Assembly: GCF_001194135.2 (NCBI RefSeq)
Contig: NC_068995.1
Span: 56,321,247-56,385,246, forward strand
Source of the DNA: Octopus bimaculoides
Lineage: Eukaryota
DNA: 64,000 nucleotides
Direction: 5' to 3'
Under the pieces are notes generated by a model. That model did not search any database. It had not been told where the DNA came from and saw nothing but the letters and a program-made list of their open reading frames with translations. Position numbers and translations under genes: made by a program. Numbering within the stretch: position 1 is the first letter of the stretch; each line of letters opens with the position of its first letter. This document shows positions 14,191 to 27,161 of this stretch, piece by piece.

Positions 14191-14717
14191 ATATTAATTA
14201 TAGCTTGCTCAACCATCCAAGAAATGGTTAATTGGTTAAAATTTTATTTTCATCATTGCTACTGTACTTAACATAGAATTTTAATAAAATTTCTACGAAA
14301 TAAAATTTATTCTGCAAAAATAATAAAAGAAACTTCTACTCGAAACTAATTGCTTCAACCATTATAAGGTTATTCAAAAATAACCTTGTAAATGAATGGT
14401 TCAACCTTATAGTGACGCAATAAAGGAATACCACACTTACAAATTATCTGGTAGAAAATCAGAATTTTTTTAAAGTTGGAATCATTTAGTCTAGAAAGGT
14501 GGTACCAAAATATACTAAAAAAAGGAAACTCATCTTTGACTGGAATCAAATTTTGTTAAATGGAATTGAAAATGAATTACGGCACAATTGATAATAATGA
14601 CCATACTCATTAATATAATTATATTTATTCTTAATTTTTATGGATTTTAATTATCGACATAGTTTTGAATATGATAATGGATAAAGGCAAAAGAGAAACA
14701 TTTTAAAAGTATTTTAT

Positions 14718-14752
<35 letters not shown>

Positions 14753-17000
14753 CCTACACACACACACACACACACANNNNNNNNNNNNNNNNNNNNNNNN
14801 NNNNNNNNNNNNNNNNNNNNNNNNNNNNNNNNNNNNNNNNNNNNNNNNNNNNNNNNNNNNNNNNNNNNNNNNNNNNNNNNNNNNNNNNNNNNNNNNNNNN
14901 NNNNNNNNNNNNNNNNNNNNNNNNNNNNNNNNNNNNNNNNNNNNNNNNNNNNNNNNNNNNNNNNNNNNNNNNNNNNNNNNNNNNNNNNNNNNNNNNNNNN
15001 NNNNNNNNNNNNNNNNNNNNNNNNNNNNNNNNNNNNNNNNNNNNNNNNNNNNNNNNNNNNNNNNNNNNNNNNNNNNNNNNNNNNNNNNNNNNNNNNNNNN
15101 NNNNNNNNNNNNNNNNNNNNNNNNNNNNNNNNNNNNNNNNNNNNNNNNNNNNNNNNNNNNNNNNNNNNNNNNNNNNNNNNNNNNNNNNNNNNNNNNNNNN
15201 NNNNNNNNNNNNNNNNNNNNNNNNNNNNNNNNNNNNNNNNNNNNNNNNNNNNNNNNNNNNNNNNNNNNNNNNNNNNNNNNNNNNNNNNNNNNNNNNNNNN
15301 NNNNNNNNNNNNNNNNNNNNNNNNNNNNNNNNNNNNNNNNNNNNNNNNNNNNNNNNNNNNNNNNNNNNNNNNNNNNNNNNNNNNNNNNNNNNNNNNNNNN
15401 NNNNNNNNNNNNNNNNNNNNNNNNNNNNNNNNNNNNNNNNNNNNNNNNNNNNNNNNNNNNNNNNNNNNNNNNNNNNNNNNNNNNNNNNNNNNNNNNNNNN
15501 NNNNNNNNNNNNNNNNNNNNNNNNNNNNNNNNNNNNNNNNNNNNNNNNNNNNNNNNNNNNNNNNNNNNNNNNNNNNNNNNNNNNNNNNNNNNNNNNNNNN
15601 NNNNNNNNNNNNNNNNNNATATATATATATATATATATATATAATGCATACCTACATATATGTGTGTGTGTGTGTGTATATAAGTATGTATGTATGTATG
15701 TCACACTGGTTATTTCTTATGGTCTGTTGGTTGTTTTTGTCTTTCTTTTTATGAAATCTTTGATCAATAGGAATCATCTCCACGTGATTGGGGTAATTCT
15801 ATAGGAAACCAATACATGTTAAGTTCTAACTCCCTAAAGGTAAGAAGAACTTTCAGAACAGCAGATACACACACACACACACACACACACACTACTATGG
15901 AGAATGGAGAATATATAAACTTCAGCAGTGAATGAAAGAGAGGCTTCACAATAGATGAGTGGGTGGGTAAAGATAGAGAGGATGATGACAATATAGTTGG
16001 TGGTGGTGGTGGTGTAGGTGTTAATGGACAACGGGTAGGGATAGAAAGAAAGGAGAAAAGATGAGATATGAAATGGTCAATATTTTATGATTGCATGGAT
16101 CAGCAAAAATTTTCAGGAGAAGAGAAAAATAATGTAATCTTTTAGTTTCAGATCTGAAGTAAACTATATAATATATAAAATATATAATATATAATATCAA
16201 AAAAATATATATTATATAATATATATTTTGTTGTTATCCCTGTTTCGTGTCTATTGCTGCTGCTGCTGCTACTACTACAACCACCACTGCTGCTACTCTT
16301 GCTGCCACCACTGCAGCTGTCAAGACCACTTCTACTACTACTACTACCACCAAGATCACCATCACCTTCACCATTGTTGTTGCTACTGCTGCTACTGATG
16401 ATGATGATGATGATAAGCTAAGGTAGTTGAAAGTTTAGACAGCCAGTCCTGTTATGGCGTCTATGTAATGTGTTACATTGACGTTCTGACTCTCAAAATC
16501 CCACAAGAGTTAACTCTCATAAGAATTTCTTTGTTGTTTCTGTTCTTGTTTATCTCTCAGGCCATCACTCACTGAGCAAGGTTATCAGCAAAGATGCTCC
16601 AGGCATGACTATCCTATCTAAATCTAACAAAGGCCAACTCAATTTTATTATGAATAGAATTGTTGTTGCTGTTACTATTGTTGTTTAGCAACAGGTCAGC
16701 TTTCATCTAACAGACCTATGATCAAAGCCATCCCATCCATGACTATCCCATCTGTTTGTATCTTTTATATTTTACTTGTGTCATTCATTGGACTGTGAGT
16801 ACCTAGGTGCATAGCCTTCTAGAATTAGTCAAACAAGTCAACCCTAGAACATATTTGAAGTCTAGTAAATTCTCTAATGTCATTCTCTTTTGCTGAACAG
16901 CAAACTTATGGGGACAGACAACACTGTTGACAAGTGGTGGTGGTGGTGGAGAGACAAATATACAGACATAAATCCTGGAAAATATGGTAGGTTGGTTCTA

Positions 17001-17162
17001 TCATCATCATCATCATCGTTTAACGTCCGCTTTCCATGCTAGCATGGGTTGGACGATTTGACTGAGGACTGGTGAAACCGGATGGCAACACCAGGCTCCA
17101 GTCTGATTTGGCAGAGTTTCTACAGCTGGATGCCCTTCCTAACGCCAACCACTCAGAGAGTG
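17001..17162 (-). mobile_element. Family A 3' end, young 5'-truncated copy with target-site duplication
   Basis: Identical to 1-160. GTTCTATCAT occurs on both flanks (16995-17004 and 17172-17181). Confidence 0.9.
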
Positions 17163-17189
17163 GTTGTAGTAGTTCTATCATAAGAGATA

Positions 17190-17425
17190 TTTGATATTGG
17201 TTTCAAATTTTGGCACAAGGCCAGCAATTTCGGGGAAGGGGGGAAATTGATTACATCAACCCCAGTGCTCAATTGGTACTTATTTTGTTGACCCTGAAAG
17301 GATGAAGGGCAAAGGTCAACCTCAGTAAGATTTCAATTTTGAATTCAGAACATAAAGCTTGAAGAAATACTGTTAATTGGTTTGCCCAGAATGCTAATGA
17401 TCCTGCCAACTCATTACCTTAATGA
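17190..17425 (-). mobile_element. Family D-related SINE
   Basis: CCCTGAAAGGATGAAGGGCAAAGGTCAACCTCAG...GAACATAAAG matches the reverse family D body. Confidence 0.65.
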
Positions 17426-17589
17426 CACACATTATTGTAATTGTAATTACTTTTGTCTACCATAATTTAAACAGTATGTACCATTCTATAGTTGAGAGTT
17501 GCATGGCAGGGGAATGGCATTCAACTTTAAAATCCTTGCATGGAATGAAACAGATATTAATCACACAATGAATAAATATTGATGTTATA

Positions 17590-18012
17590 GGCACAGGTAA
17601 TGGGTGTGTGGTAAGAAGTTTGCTTCCCAACCACATGGTCCTCGGTTCAGTCCTATTGTGTGGTACTTGGGACAAGTGTCTTCTACTATAGCCCTAAGGA
17701 ATGGATTTGGTAGAAGGAAACTGAACAGAGCCTATTGAAATATGTATGTATATGTGATTGTGTGTTTCCTTGCTGAAACATTGTATGATAGTTGTAAATG
17801 ATTGTAATTGTTATACAAGCAGTGTCATTCATTTCCAATGTGCTGCAAAAACATGTATGAGTATGGTAAAAGATTACCTTGCATTGAAACAGGTGAGAGT
17901 TGACACTAGAAAGGGGAATTGGCTGTAAAAAATCTGCCTCGATAAACTTCATCTGACCCACGCAAATATAGAAAAGGGGGTGTATAAAACGATGATGATG
18001 ATGATGATGATT
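17590..18012 (+). mobile_element. Composite SINE: family B head plus family E (GAT)n tail
   Basis: Head GGTGTGTGGTAAGAAGTTTGCTTCCCAACCACATGG, then tail AAATCTGCCTC...TCTGACCCACGC...AAACGATGATG. Confidence 0.75.
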
Positions 18013-19007
18013 GAATATAAAGAATTGGCTCTATAAGATGTAGGGTTTCTAGAAAATTACAAATTTTACAGAAATATTTTGAATCTCTATTGCAATAATG
18101 ATGATTTAGTTTTAAAAGCATGCATACATGGATGAAGGAAGTTAACGGGTGTGTGTGTATATATAGACAGATAGATAGATGAATATTTTATATATATAGT
18201 TATATTTCTATTTCATATGCATGTGCAAACGTATGCACATACATGCATGTGCACAAATTCACATGTGTTTCAGAGGGCTTATTTATTTCAGTCCACCTAC
18301 GTGTCATGTTGCAACTAGATCTGCTTTATGATAGAAGAATATCTCTGGATTAGAAAACATCTGTTTCAACAACAAAAATCTGCTGAGTCAATGTAACAAA
18401 TTATGGGAAAGCTTAACTTACTTACTGTTAACAAGACTGTAATTTCCATATACATACATACATTCACACATGTCTCTCTGTCTCTCTGTCTGTCTGTCTG
18501 TATGCATGCATGCAAGCATGAATATGTATGTATACTTTTTTCTGAAGTATTGATGGCAGAGGGAATTCTAAGATCTAAACCCCAAAGGGCTTAATCCAAA
18601 CAAATTTGAACATGGAATTCTGATCTGGTCAAAAAATATAAGTTACGCAGTGCAAAATAATCAGTTTATATTTCCTGCAGGTTAACAGACTTATGTATTT
18701 GCATGCTTCGATAATAATGTTAAGATATATGGAAGATGAGAGCTTCCCTATAAGGAAGACGGCCAAGTTAAGAAGTCGGGTAGACATGGACTACCAGTGG
18801 AAAGATGTTCTGAGTGTCACAGACATAACAATGGCTAAAATGCTCAAATGCTCATTCCCCCACAAAGCTATATGAAATATGTTAATAAGCAGCACTATGA
18901 AATTACCGAGTGTATTGTCAGCTTGTAGTACTAACTTTTTACTTTGCACATTTTACTTGTTTTAATTATTGGACAGTGAAAGTCCTAGAGCATTGCCCTG
19001 AAAGATT

Positions 19008-19385
19008 TAGGTGTGGTAAGTAGCTTGCTTACCAACCAGATGGTTCTGGTTCAGTTCCACTGGGTGACACCTTGGGCAAGTGTTTTCTATAGCCTCGGGC
19101 CAAGCAAAGCCTTGTGAATGGATTTGGTAGATGGAAACTGAAAGAAGCCTGTTGTATATATACATGTATATTTATATATGTGTGTGTATATGTTTGTGTG
19201 TGTGTGTTTGTCCCCCCCCCCACATCGCTTCATATGTCCCTGTAACTTAGTGGTTTGGCCAAAGAGACTGATAGGATAAGTACTAGGTTTACATAGAATA
19301 CGTCCTGGGGTTGATTTGTTCAACTAAAGGCGTTGCTCCAGCATGGCAGCAGTCAAATGACTGAAACAAATAAAAGAATACACAC
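19008..19385 (+). mobile_element. Family B SINE, near full length
   Basis: The head, internal (TA/TG)n and tail CTCCAGCATGGCAGCAGTCAAATGACTGAAACAAATAAAAG are all present. Confidence 0.85.
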
Positions 19386-19389
19386 AATG

Positions 19390-19540
19390 AGCTTTCAACC
19401 GTGTCCATGCACCAAATTCACTCCCGTGGCATTTGTCAGACCAACGCTAAAGTTGAAGACACTTGTCTGTGAAGTGGGTCTGATCCCCAAACCATGTGGT
19501 TGTAAAGCAAGCTTCTTATCTACTCAACCATGCATACACT
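19390..19540 (-). mobile_element. Family B SINE head, diverged
   Basis: GAAGACACTTG...AAACCATGTGGTTGTAAAGCAAGCTTCTT is the reverse complement of the head. Confidence 0.65.
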
Positions 19541-20117
19541 TATGAAAGCGATGACCATGCCTAAAAGAGTCATGTCTGAACCTACATGGATTTGGTTCCT
19601 AACATGCTTTTACAGAGTTTTAGCAGCAGCAATTTGAAGGGTCAGGTCAAACAATTGAAACATTTGAGATGTTTAGACAGGAGTTCAATGAACTAATTAA
19701 GAAGTGGCATTAATTATAACAAAATATCAGATGTCAGCTTTTAGTATTGTGTCTGAGATTTTTGGTTTGGTGAGTTAATTATTAGTGTAAATGATACTAT
19801 AATCTCTGTTCCTAAACAGAGCGGCTGTTTTCATCTGATTCCCTGTAGACATTGCATCGCTAAAAGATAAAAGATAATAAAGATGACAATGGAAATTTTG
19901 AAAGTTTTGAACAAGCAAACACAGATAAATATAGAGAAACTACTTGGTAAATTAGATGACTTGATAGAGTAATATTGCCTCAAAAGTGTGTTGAAAGTAT
20001 TATTGGATATTAGAAACATAGGTTAGTATGTGTGTATATATATGTATGTATATATGAGAAAGAAAAGTGCAAAAGTGTTTCCATTTAAATATATCATGAA
20101 AATTATACACACACATC

Positions 20118-20250
20118 ATCATCATCATTATCGTTTAATGTTCGCTTTCCATGCTGGAATGGATTGAATGGTTTAACTGAGGACTGGCAAGCTAGAAGGC
20201 TGTGCTAGGCTCCAATCTGATCGGGAAAGGTTTCTACAACTGGATGCCCT
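20118..20250 (-). mobile_element. Family A 3' end
   Basis: (CAT)n followed by CGTTTAATGTTCGCTTTCCATGC...CAACTGGATGCCCTT. Confidence 0.8.
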
Positions 20251-20453
20251 TGTATGTATGTATGTATGTATGTATGTATGTATGCATGTATGCATGTATG
20301 TATGTATATATGTCATTATTCAGTTTATTTCAAGATTTCTTGCTAATATAGAAAGAACTGGTTTCTAACCTAGATCCAAGGTTTCTTCATTGGAATTTCA
20401 ACATCAACAACAGGGTATTTTTGTATGTATGTATGTATGTATGTATGTATGTA

Positions 20454-20502
<49 letters not shown>

Positions 20503-21774
20503 TGGGTTGAAAATTGTGCTAAAAACAAGACTAAAAACTCAATATGACCAAAGTAACTGGTTGACCAATATTAAAATTGAGATTAAGTCTTCCAAAATCA
20601 GGTTTTATCACCGATGAATAATAGAGATTATCTGAAACAGCCTGTTATCAAAACCTGTCTGACCTGTTCCAGCAGACAACAGGAATGACGATGACGATGG
20701 TGGGTGATTGTATGTATGGTGACAACAGTGGAGATAGTAACAGACAGGATGATGACGACGACAACAACAGCAATGATACTGCTGCTGCTGATGATGATGA
20801 TGATAGTGTTGCCAGGTTACATACAGAGTTCACTTAATAGGCTGCAGCTAAACAGTTATACAACCTAATCAAGGTCTCTTTCTACCAAAAGGTTTCGACA
20901 GGATTCTTCTTTTCTTTCTTTTCAAGCTGCCAAAAATTACAATTTTGCCACAGTATTTTTATTGCAATTTTTCCGTTTCTTGAAAATTATTAAAATTTAA
21001 AAAAAAAGAAACAAAACACAAGAACATAAAAAATACTCCAAACAACAAACAAAAAAATGGATAATCCTTCTATAGTGGTCAATGATTACACAACTCATTG
21101 GCATTCAAAGAAGTTCTTACAGAGAAATGAGTAGAAATATGGAGGTGTATGTATGGTAAACCTATTTCATTAAATACCTGTAATCTCTTAAAAGCACTTG
21201 TTTCTCTTGCATAATGGATTCAACATGGAAGCAGAAATTATAAAACGGCAATGCTTGGGGAAGAAATCTATTAAACAATCAAATATTGGTTATTTACTAA
21301 GATGCTTCTTCCATATCCGTCTGTCTAATTCTCTCTCCTTCTATATATANNNNNNNNNNNNNNNNNNNNNNNNNNNNNNNNNNNNNNNNNNNNNNNNNNN
21401 NNNNNNNNNNNNNNNNNNNNNNNNNNNNNNNNNNNNNNNNNNNNNNNNNNNNNNNNNNNNNNNNNNNNNNNNNNNNNNNNNNNNNNNNNNNNNNNNNNNN
21501 NNNNNNNNNNNNNNNNNNNNNNNNNNNNNNNNNNNNNNNNNNNNNNNNNNNNNNNNNNNNNNNNNNNNNNNNNNNNNNNNNNNNNNNNNNNNNNNNATAC
21601 TGGAGTGAACACGACACATTGAAGTAGAGAAATTTGAAAAGACAACACGAAACCGGTTATTTCTCAAAATACAATGTTTATATACCAAAAAGATTTTCTA
21701 ACATTTTTCTGACATAATTTAAATATATACTTTAACCAAGTAACACAAGCCTTCTGTAGTTTTTTCACTCTTAT

Positions 21775-21820
<46 letters not shown>

Positions 21821-22099
21821 TTATAATTCTATTTAATCGTAACAATATCTCATGTGTGTTTGTCATATATCCATCTGCTTATCAACCAACATTTGATTAT
21901 TCCTTCTACGATTTTCCAAAGTGCTGTGGATTGGATGGGAAGAGAAATAGATGTGAGGAGAGTTTTTGATGAACAGAGTCTACCATAATATATATAATTT
22001 CAAATTTCTTTTAAAGTATGCAGCTAATGCTCTTAATAAAGCTTGTCATCCATTCATGGTTGCCTCAATAAAAGTGAATTAAACTGTGGATTATAGTTA

Positions 22100-22296
22100 C
22101 CATCATCATTGTCTTTTAATGTCTACTTTTCCATGCTTGCATGGGTCAGACAGAATTTTTTGAAGCAGATTTCCTATGGTTGGATGTCTTTCTTGTTTCA
22201 AAAAGCCTCACCTATTTCCAATTAAAGTAATATTTCCCATGGCAAAACATCATATTTTCCACAGAAGACTAGAAACAAAGGGCACCACCTCATGTA

Positions 22297-22333
<37 letters not shown>

Positions 22334-22400
22334 TTATAAAGGGATAAATGGATCTTATAGTATCATTACAGTTGTTTCATTAAGAGATTATACTGTGATA
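22100..22400 (-). mobile_element. Family E SINE tail
   Basis: CATCATCATT...TTTTCCATGCTTGCATGGGTCAGACAGAATTTTTTGAAGCAGATTT is the reverse complement of the 25985-26200 type tail. Confidence 0.7.
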
Positions 22401-22452
22401 TATACATCATACAAATAGTTATGCAACATCGATAAGGTTACCCAATATGTTA

Positions 22453-22566
22453 CATATGAACTCTCAAATCCTCAGATAATACCATAGTTTAAGCAAGTAG
22501 AATATCATATACCATTATGCTGATTTCAAAACAATGGTATTATCTGAGGATTTGAGAGTTTATATG
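22453..22566. repeat. 114-bp MITE-like inverted repeat
   Basis: The 33-bp arms at 22453-22485 and 22534-22566 are reverse complements with 1 mismatch, separated by a 48-bp spacer. Confidence 0.85.
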
Positions 22567-23445
22567 AATAAGTAGTTCAGTTGATCAAACATGAATGCTC
22601 ATCGTGAAAACTGATGGAGATCCATTTTTAGCATAATCAATAACTTTTCTCAATAATATGAGAGATCACTATGTGGATCCCTTGTATGCTAAAAATAGAT
22701 GTCAAACCGTCTTACCACTAAATCTGTGTTCTCAACTTAGTAAGATGCTAGATGTTTACGAGCGAGACAAAAAGAAATAAACATAGCACCAACCACTAAT
22801 TGAAATTGATATTATTTAACGATTTAACATCAAACTGAAGGATCTCTTAATACTTTCAGCAAAGTATATATCTATTAATTTTTACCAGGAAAAGTTTGTG
22901 AATTAAGCTTTTTCTCCTTTTACAAATTACATATACATATGTGTGTATATATACATATATATTTATGAATGTGACTGATGCCAGTGCTGCCTGAGAGGCT
23001 CCTGTGCTTGTGGCACATAAAAAGCTCCCACTATATATATATATATATATAGATAGATAGATAGAATGGCAATCTGCTTAGTTCCATAAAACCTTTATAT
23101 TTGAAACTATCCTCTCTCTCCAATTAAATGATTTAAATCAAATACTAAGACGAACGTTTTTTTATTATTCATCAAAACATAATCCTACTCTACAAGTAGC
23201 AGAATGTGAAAATTTGCAAAGCTGATATTTTGAAATAGAAAGCAGTTTGCATTTAGGAATGAGTACAAGTTTGGAGTTTAAACAGAAGACGGTGGAGCAT
23301 AAATTTGCATTTCCTTCTATGTGTGCAATATAGATGTGTGTGTGTTGACACACATGTGTGTCAACAAAACCTATGGTGTAAAACACACACACACACACAC
23401 ATACATATATATGCATATATGTATATATATAGATAGATATATATA

Positions 23446-23501
<56 letters not shown>

Positions 23502-24674
23502 NNNNNNNNNNNNNNNNNNNNNNNNNNNNNNNNNNNNNNNNNNNNNNNNNNNNNNNNNNNNNNNNNNNNNNNNNNNNNNNNNNNNNNNNNNNNNNNNNNN
23601 NNNNNNNNNNNNNNNNNNNNNNNNNNNNNNNNNNNNNNNNNNNNNNNNNNNNNNNNNNNNNNNNNNNNNNNNNNNNNNNNNNNNNNNNNNNNNNNNNNNN
23701 NNNNNNNNNNNNNNNNNNNNNNNNNNNNNNNNNNNNNNNNNNNNNNNNNNNNNNNNNNNNNNNNNNNNNNNNNNNNNNNNNNNNNNNNNNNNNNNNNNNN
23801 NNNNNNNNNNNNNNNNNNNNNNNNNNNNNNNNNNNNNNNNNNNNNNNNNNNNNNNNNNNNNNNNNNNNNNNNNNNNNNNNNNNNNNNNNNNNNNNNNNNN
23901 NNNNNNNNNNNNNNNNNNNNNNNNNNNNNNNNNNNNNNNNNNNNNNNNNNNNNNNNNNNNNNNNNNNNNNNNNNNNNNNNNNNNNNNNNNNNNNNNNNNN
24001 NNNNNNNNNNNNNNNNNNNNNNNNNNNNNNNTTTTTTTTTTTTTTTTTTTTTTTTGTGTCTTTTTTTATTTGTTATGTATTTAAATTGTCAATGTTGCAA
24101 TCAACAAACTGCCTGGCAGAGGAACCTGGGGAAATAAACCGTGGCTGGCAGCAAGTGACATTAATACTCATGATTCACACAACATTGTATTAAAACTCAA
24201 ACCATTTTGTCAGAATGTTTAGTTTAGAATGATGTTCGTTGTTTGTATGTGTGTGTGTTTTTTTTCTTCATTCTTTGTTATTTAATATTTTTTTTTTTTT
24301 GTCTTTTGTTGGCAGAAAGCAAGTTTAAAAAAAAAATACACATGCAAAAGCTAAAATGTAAACAAACTAAACCTGAAAGCATTTAGCAAAACAGTCTGCA
24401 TTTTCAACAGGTGATGCTACTTAGCAACTACAGATTCTTTTTCTATGTGATACCACCAACCGACCAACCAACCGACTGACCATCTAACCAACCAAGTGGC
24501 TGAGTAACTGAGCAACCAACTGACCAACAAGCCAACCAATCAGACCAACAACTGATCCACACATTTGAAATGCTCAATGGCTGACATCAACAATTTAAAA
24601 TCATAGCAAATTGATAGTTTCTAGTTCTCAAAAGTAAAGATTATTACATCAAGACCCATTAATGATATACAGTA

Positions 24675-24972
24675 CCAGGCAGTGGTTCTCATGGCTTCTC
24701 ATCTTAACTGATTGGAAATGTTATCATGTACATTGTTTTGTCTTGCTATAAAAGATGGGCTACAGCAAATATTCTGCTCAATACAACAGATTTGCTTGAT
24801 CATAGCCAGTTGAGCATGTCCCTGGGTGGCTAACGATATGTGTATCTCTGATCACGAGCAGAGGTAGTGGGTGGGAGAATCATAGCCATGTGTTGAGAGG
24901 AATTCTTTGGGGTTTCAATAATTCACCTCTGGAAACATTGGTGTTTCATTCAACATCCTTAGACAACCCTCA
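24675..24972. mobile_element. Interspersed repeat of about 300 bp, probably a SINE, single copy in this window
   Basis: The sequence resembles an abundant Octopus repeat as I recall it. There is no second copy here to confirm this. Confidence 0.4.
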
Positions 24973-25118
24973 ATCTCTATCACATGACTTTGTAAATGAA
25001 CAATTTGGCATATTTATTTTAATGGCCTATTAATGTATACAGTACATTTTTCTGCCCTAGGTGTTGGGAAGACACTCAACAAGAAATGGAAAGAGAATTC
25101 GAAGAAGATGCTAATGAA

Positions 25119-25181
<63 letters not shown>

Positions 25182-25594
25182 CATACAGACATCTCATTCA
25201 TACTATTTATTAACCCAGTATTTCAAGTCACCTTCATGCAAGGATCAAATAAACTAATAATGATGATCAGAGATAAAATATGATATAATCCCAAATATAG
25301 ATCCATGGATGTATCTCCTGTGGTTTCATTATTTACAGATAAGTAGGAATAGACACCGAACCGGTGTATTTAATGTCTACAGAACATGGATAAGAGTAAT
25401 CTTTTAATCTAAATTACACATTGATGCAGAGTAATAGTAAAATGTCTGAAGGTGTCCTAGAAATCAATAAAAGGTACAAGAATTCATTCTACTTTAGATT
25501 TCTAGAGACTAGAATTGAAAAGGTTTACCTCCAAATATTATACACGCATACACACACACACATATCTGTATGCATACATACAGATACATATCTG

Positions 25595-25830
25595 CATGGC
25601 CGTGTGTTTTAGGGTGTTGTACTCATGATTGTAAGACTGCGGTTTCAATTCATAGACAGGGTGATGCATTATGTTCTTGAGCAAAATATTTCATTTCACA
25701 CTGCCACAGTCCACTCAGATGGCAGAAATGAGAAATCCTGCAGTGGACTGGCATCCCATCCTGCTGGGGAATAATTATACACCACAGAATCCGGAAAACC
25801 AGTCTTATGAACCTACGGCTTATGAAGGAC
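25595..25830 (+). mobile_element. Family C SINE
   Basis: GTTCTTGAGCAAAATATTTCATTTCACACTGCCACAGTCCACTCAGATGGCAGAAATGAG matches the 4735-4990 core. Confidence 0.7.
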
Positions 25831-25854
25831 CTTTGTCCGTTTTTTATCCTGACT

Positions 25855-26200
25855 GTGTGTTCTTGGTTTTAGTTTCACTGTGCAGTGCTCTGAAGACTTG
25901 TCTTCTATCATAGTCAAAGGCTGACCAAAGCCTTGTGAGTGGATTCATTAGATGGAAACTGAAAGAAGCCTGCCATATATGTGTGTGCGTACCTGTGTCT
26001 TGATGCCATTATACAAGTGATGTTGTTCTCTTCCAGTCTTCTGTGGAAAACATGTCTGACCATGGAAAGTATTGCTTGGAAACAGTTGAGGGTTGGAGAC
26101 AGGAAGAGCATTTAGCCATAGAAAATCTGCCTCAACAAATTCTGTCTGACCCATGCAAGCATAGAAAAGTAAACCTTAAATGATGATAGTGATGATGATG
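25855..26200 (+). mobile_element. Composite SINE: partial family B head plus family E tail
   Basis: CCAAAGCCTTGTGAGTGGATT...GAAAGAAGCC followed by GAAAATCTGCCTCAACAAATTCTGTCTGACCCATGCAAGCAT...AAATGATGAT. Confidence 0.75.
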
Positions 26201-27117
26201 AATATGATAATACATACACATACATGTGTGTGTGTGTGTGTGTGTGTTCATATGTGAGTGGGCATATGTGGTTTCACATGATTTAATAAAATCAAAGTGA
26301 GATGTACAACTATGTACACACACATCTATACAAATATCTGTGCGTTTTGATGTATGTGTGTGTGTATTTTTATATACACACACATCAATACTAGCAAGAG
26401 AAAGGAGATAAGTTTATCATATACCCAGATTCCACAACTACCCCAAATATTTAATTGGAGGAATAAATAAACCGTACTCATATTAAAACCTGGCACCGAT
26501 TCAATTGTTGGTTTATTCAGATTTGGCATTTTCAAGGCACCCATCAACCTTATATTCTAAAGTAGAGTTAAACATTTTTTATAAAAAGTAAATATTTCTT
26601 TAAAATACAGACCCTACTCCCACTCTTTCTCTCTTCTTATCCAATGAGGATATTTATGTAATTAAAAGAAGAAAAAGAAATTAAAGAGAACTAGAGGCAG
26701 GTTTTTAGCCTTGTATATGTTGTAGCAAATTTTTCAAAGCTTCTCTAATTAAGGAAATATAAATGATAGATTTATCAGCTAAAACAAAATAAAAATAACA
26801 TTTAAAAAAAAAATTACTTGAAAGGATAATGAGACATTAAAAAAAAATGAAAATATATACAAGAGAGAGAGGGAGAGAGAGAGGGGGGGGGCAGGAGAGA
26901 TGTTAATAAAATATTGAAAAAAAAACCCCAACATACTTGAAACTGAATCATTCATTTAATAACATGCTAGTTAATGATCTCACTAAGTCAGGGTTTAAAT
27001 GGGATTGTAAACCTATTTTGCTTTTTAGATCAACTTTCGCTTAGATCTTTTACCTCCAAAAGCATTAGGAGATTAATATTATTGCTGCTGCTGCTGATAA
27101 TAATAATAATGGTAATG

Positions 27118-27161
<44 letters not shown>

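Noticed and set aside
14714-15704. Long ORFs of more than 300 aa spanning N-runs (also 21198-21688, 23321-24193, 31575-31964, 32875-34375, 38615-39244, 39937-41388)
   Set aside because: They consist of X residues from gaps plus microsatellite translations and carry no coding evidence.
19600-20015. Protein-like short frames (QFEGSGQTIETFEMFRQEFNELIKKWH and MEILKVLNKQTQINIEKLLGKLDDLIE)
   Set aside because: Each is under 35 aa, stops intervene between the plausible splice sites, and no family was recognised.
24032-24075. Poly-T run plus TTTATT, suggesting a minus-strand poly(A) retrocopy end
   Set aside because: It abuts an assembly gap, and no TSD or identifiable parent sequence is visible.
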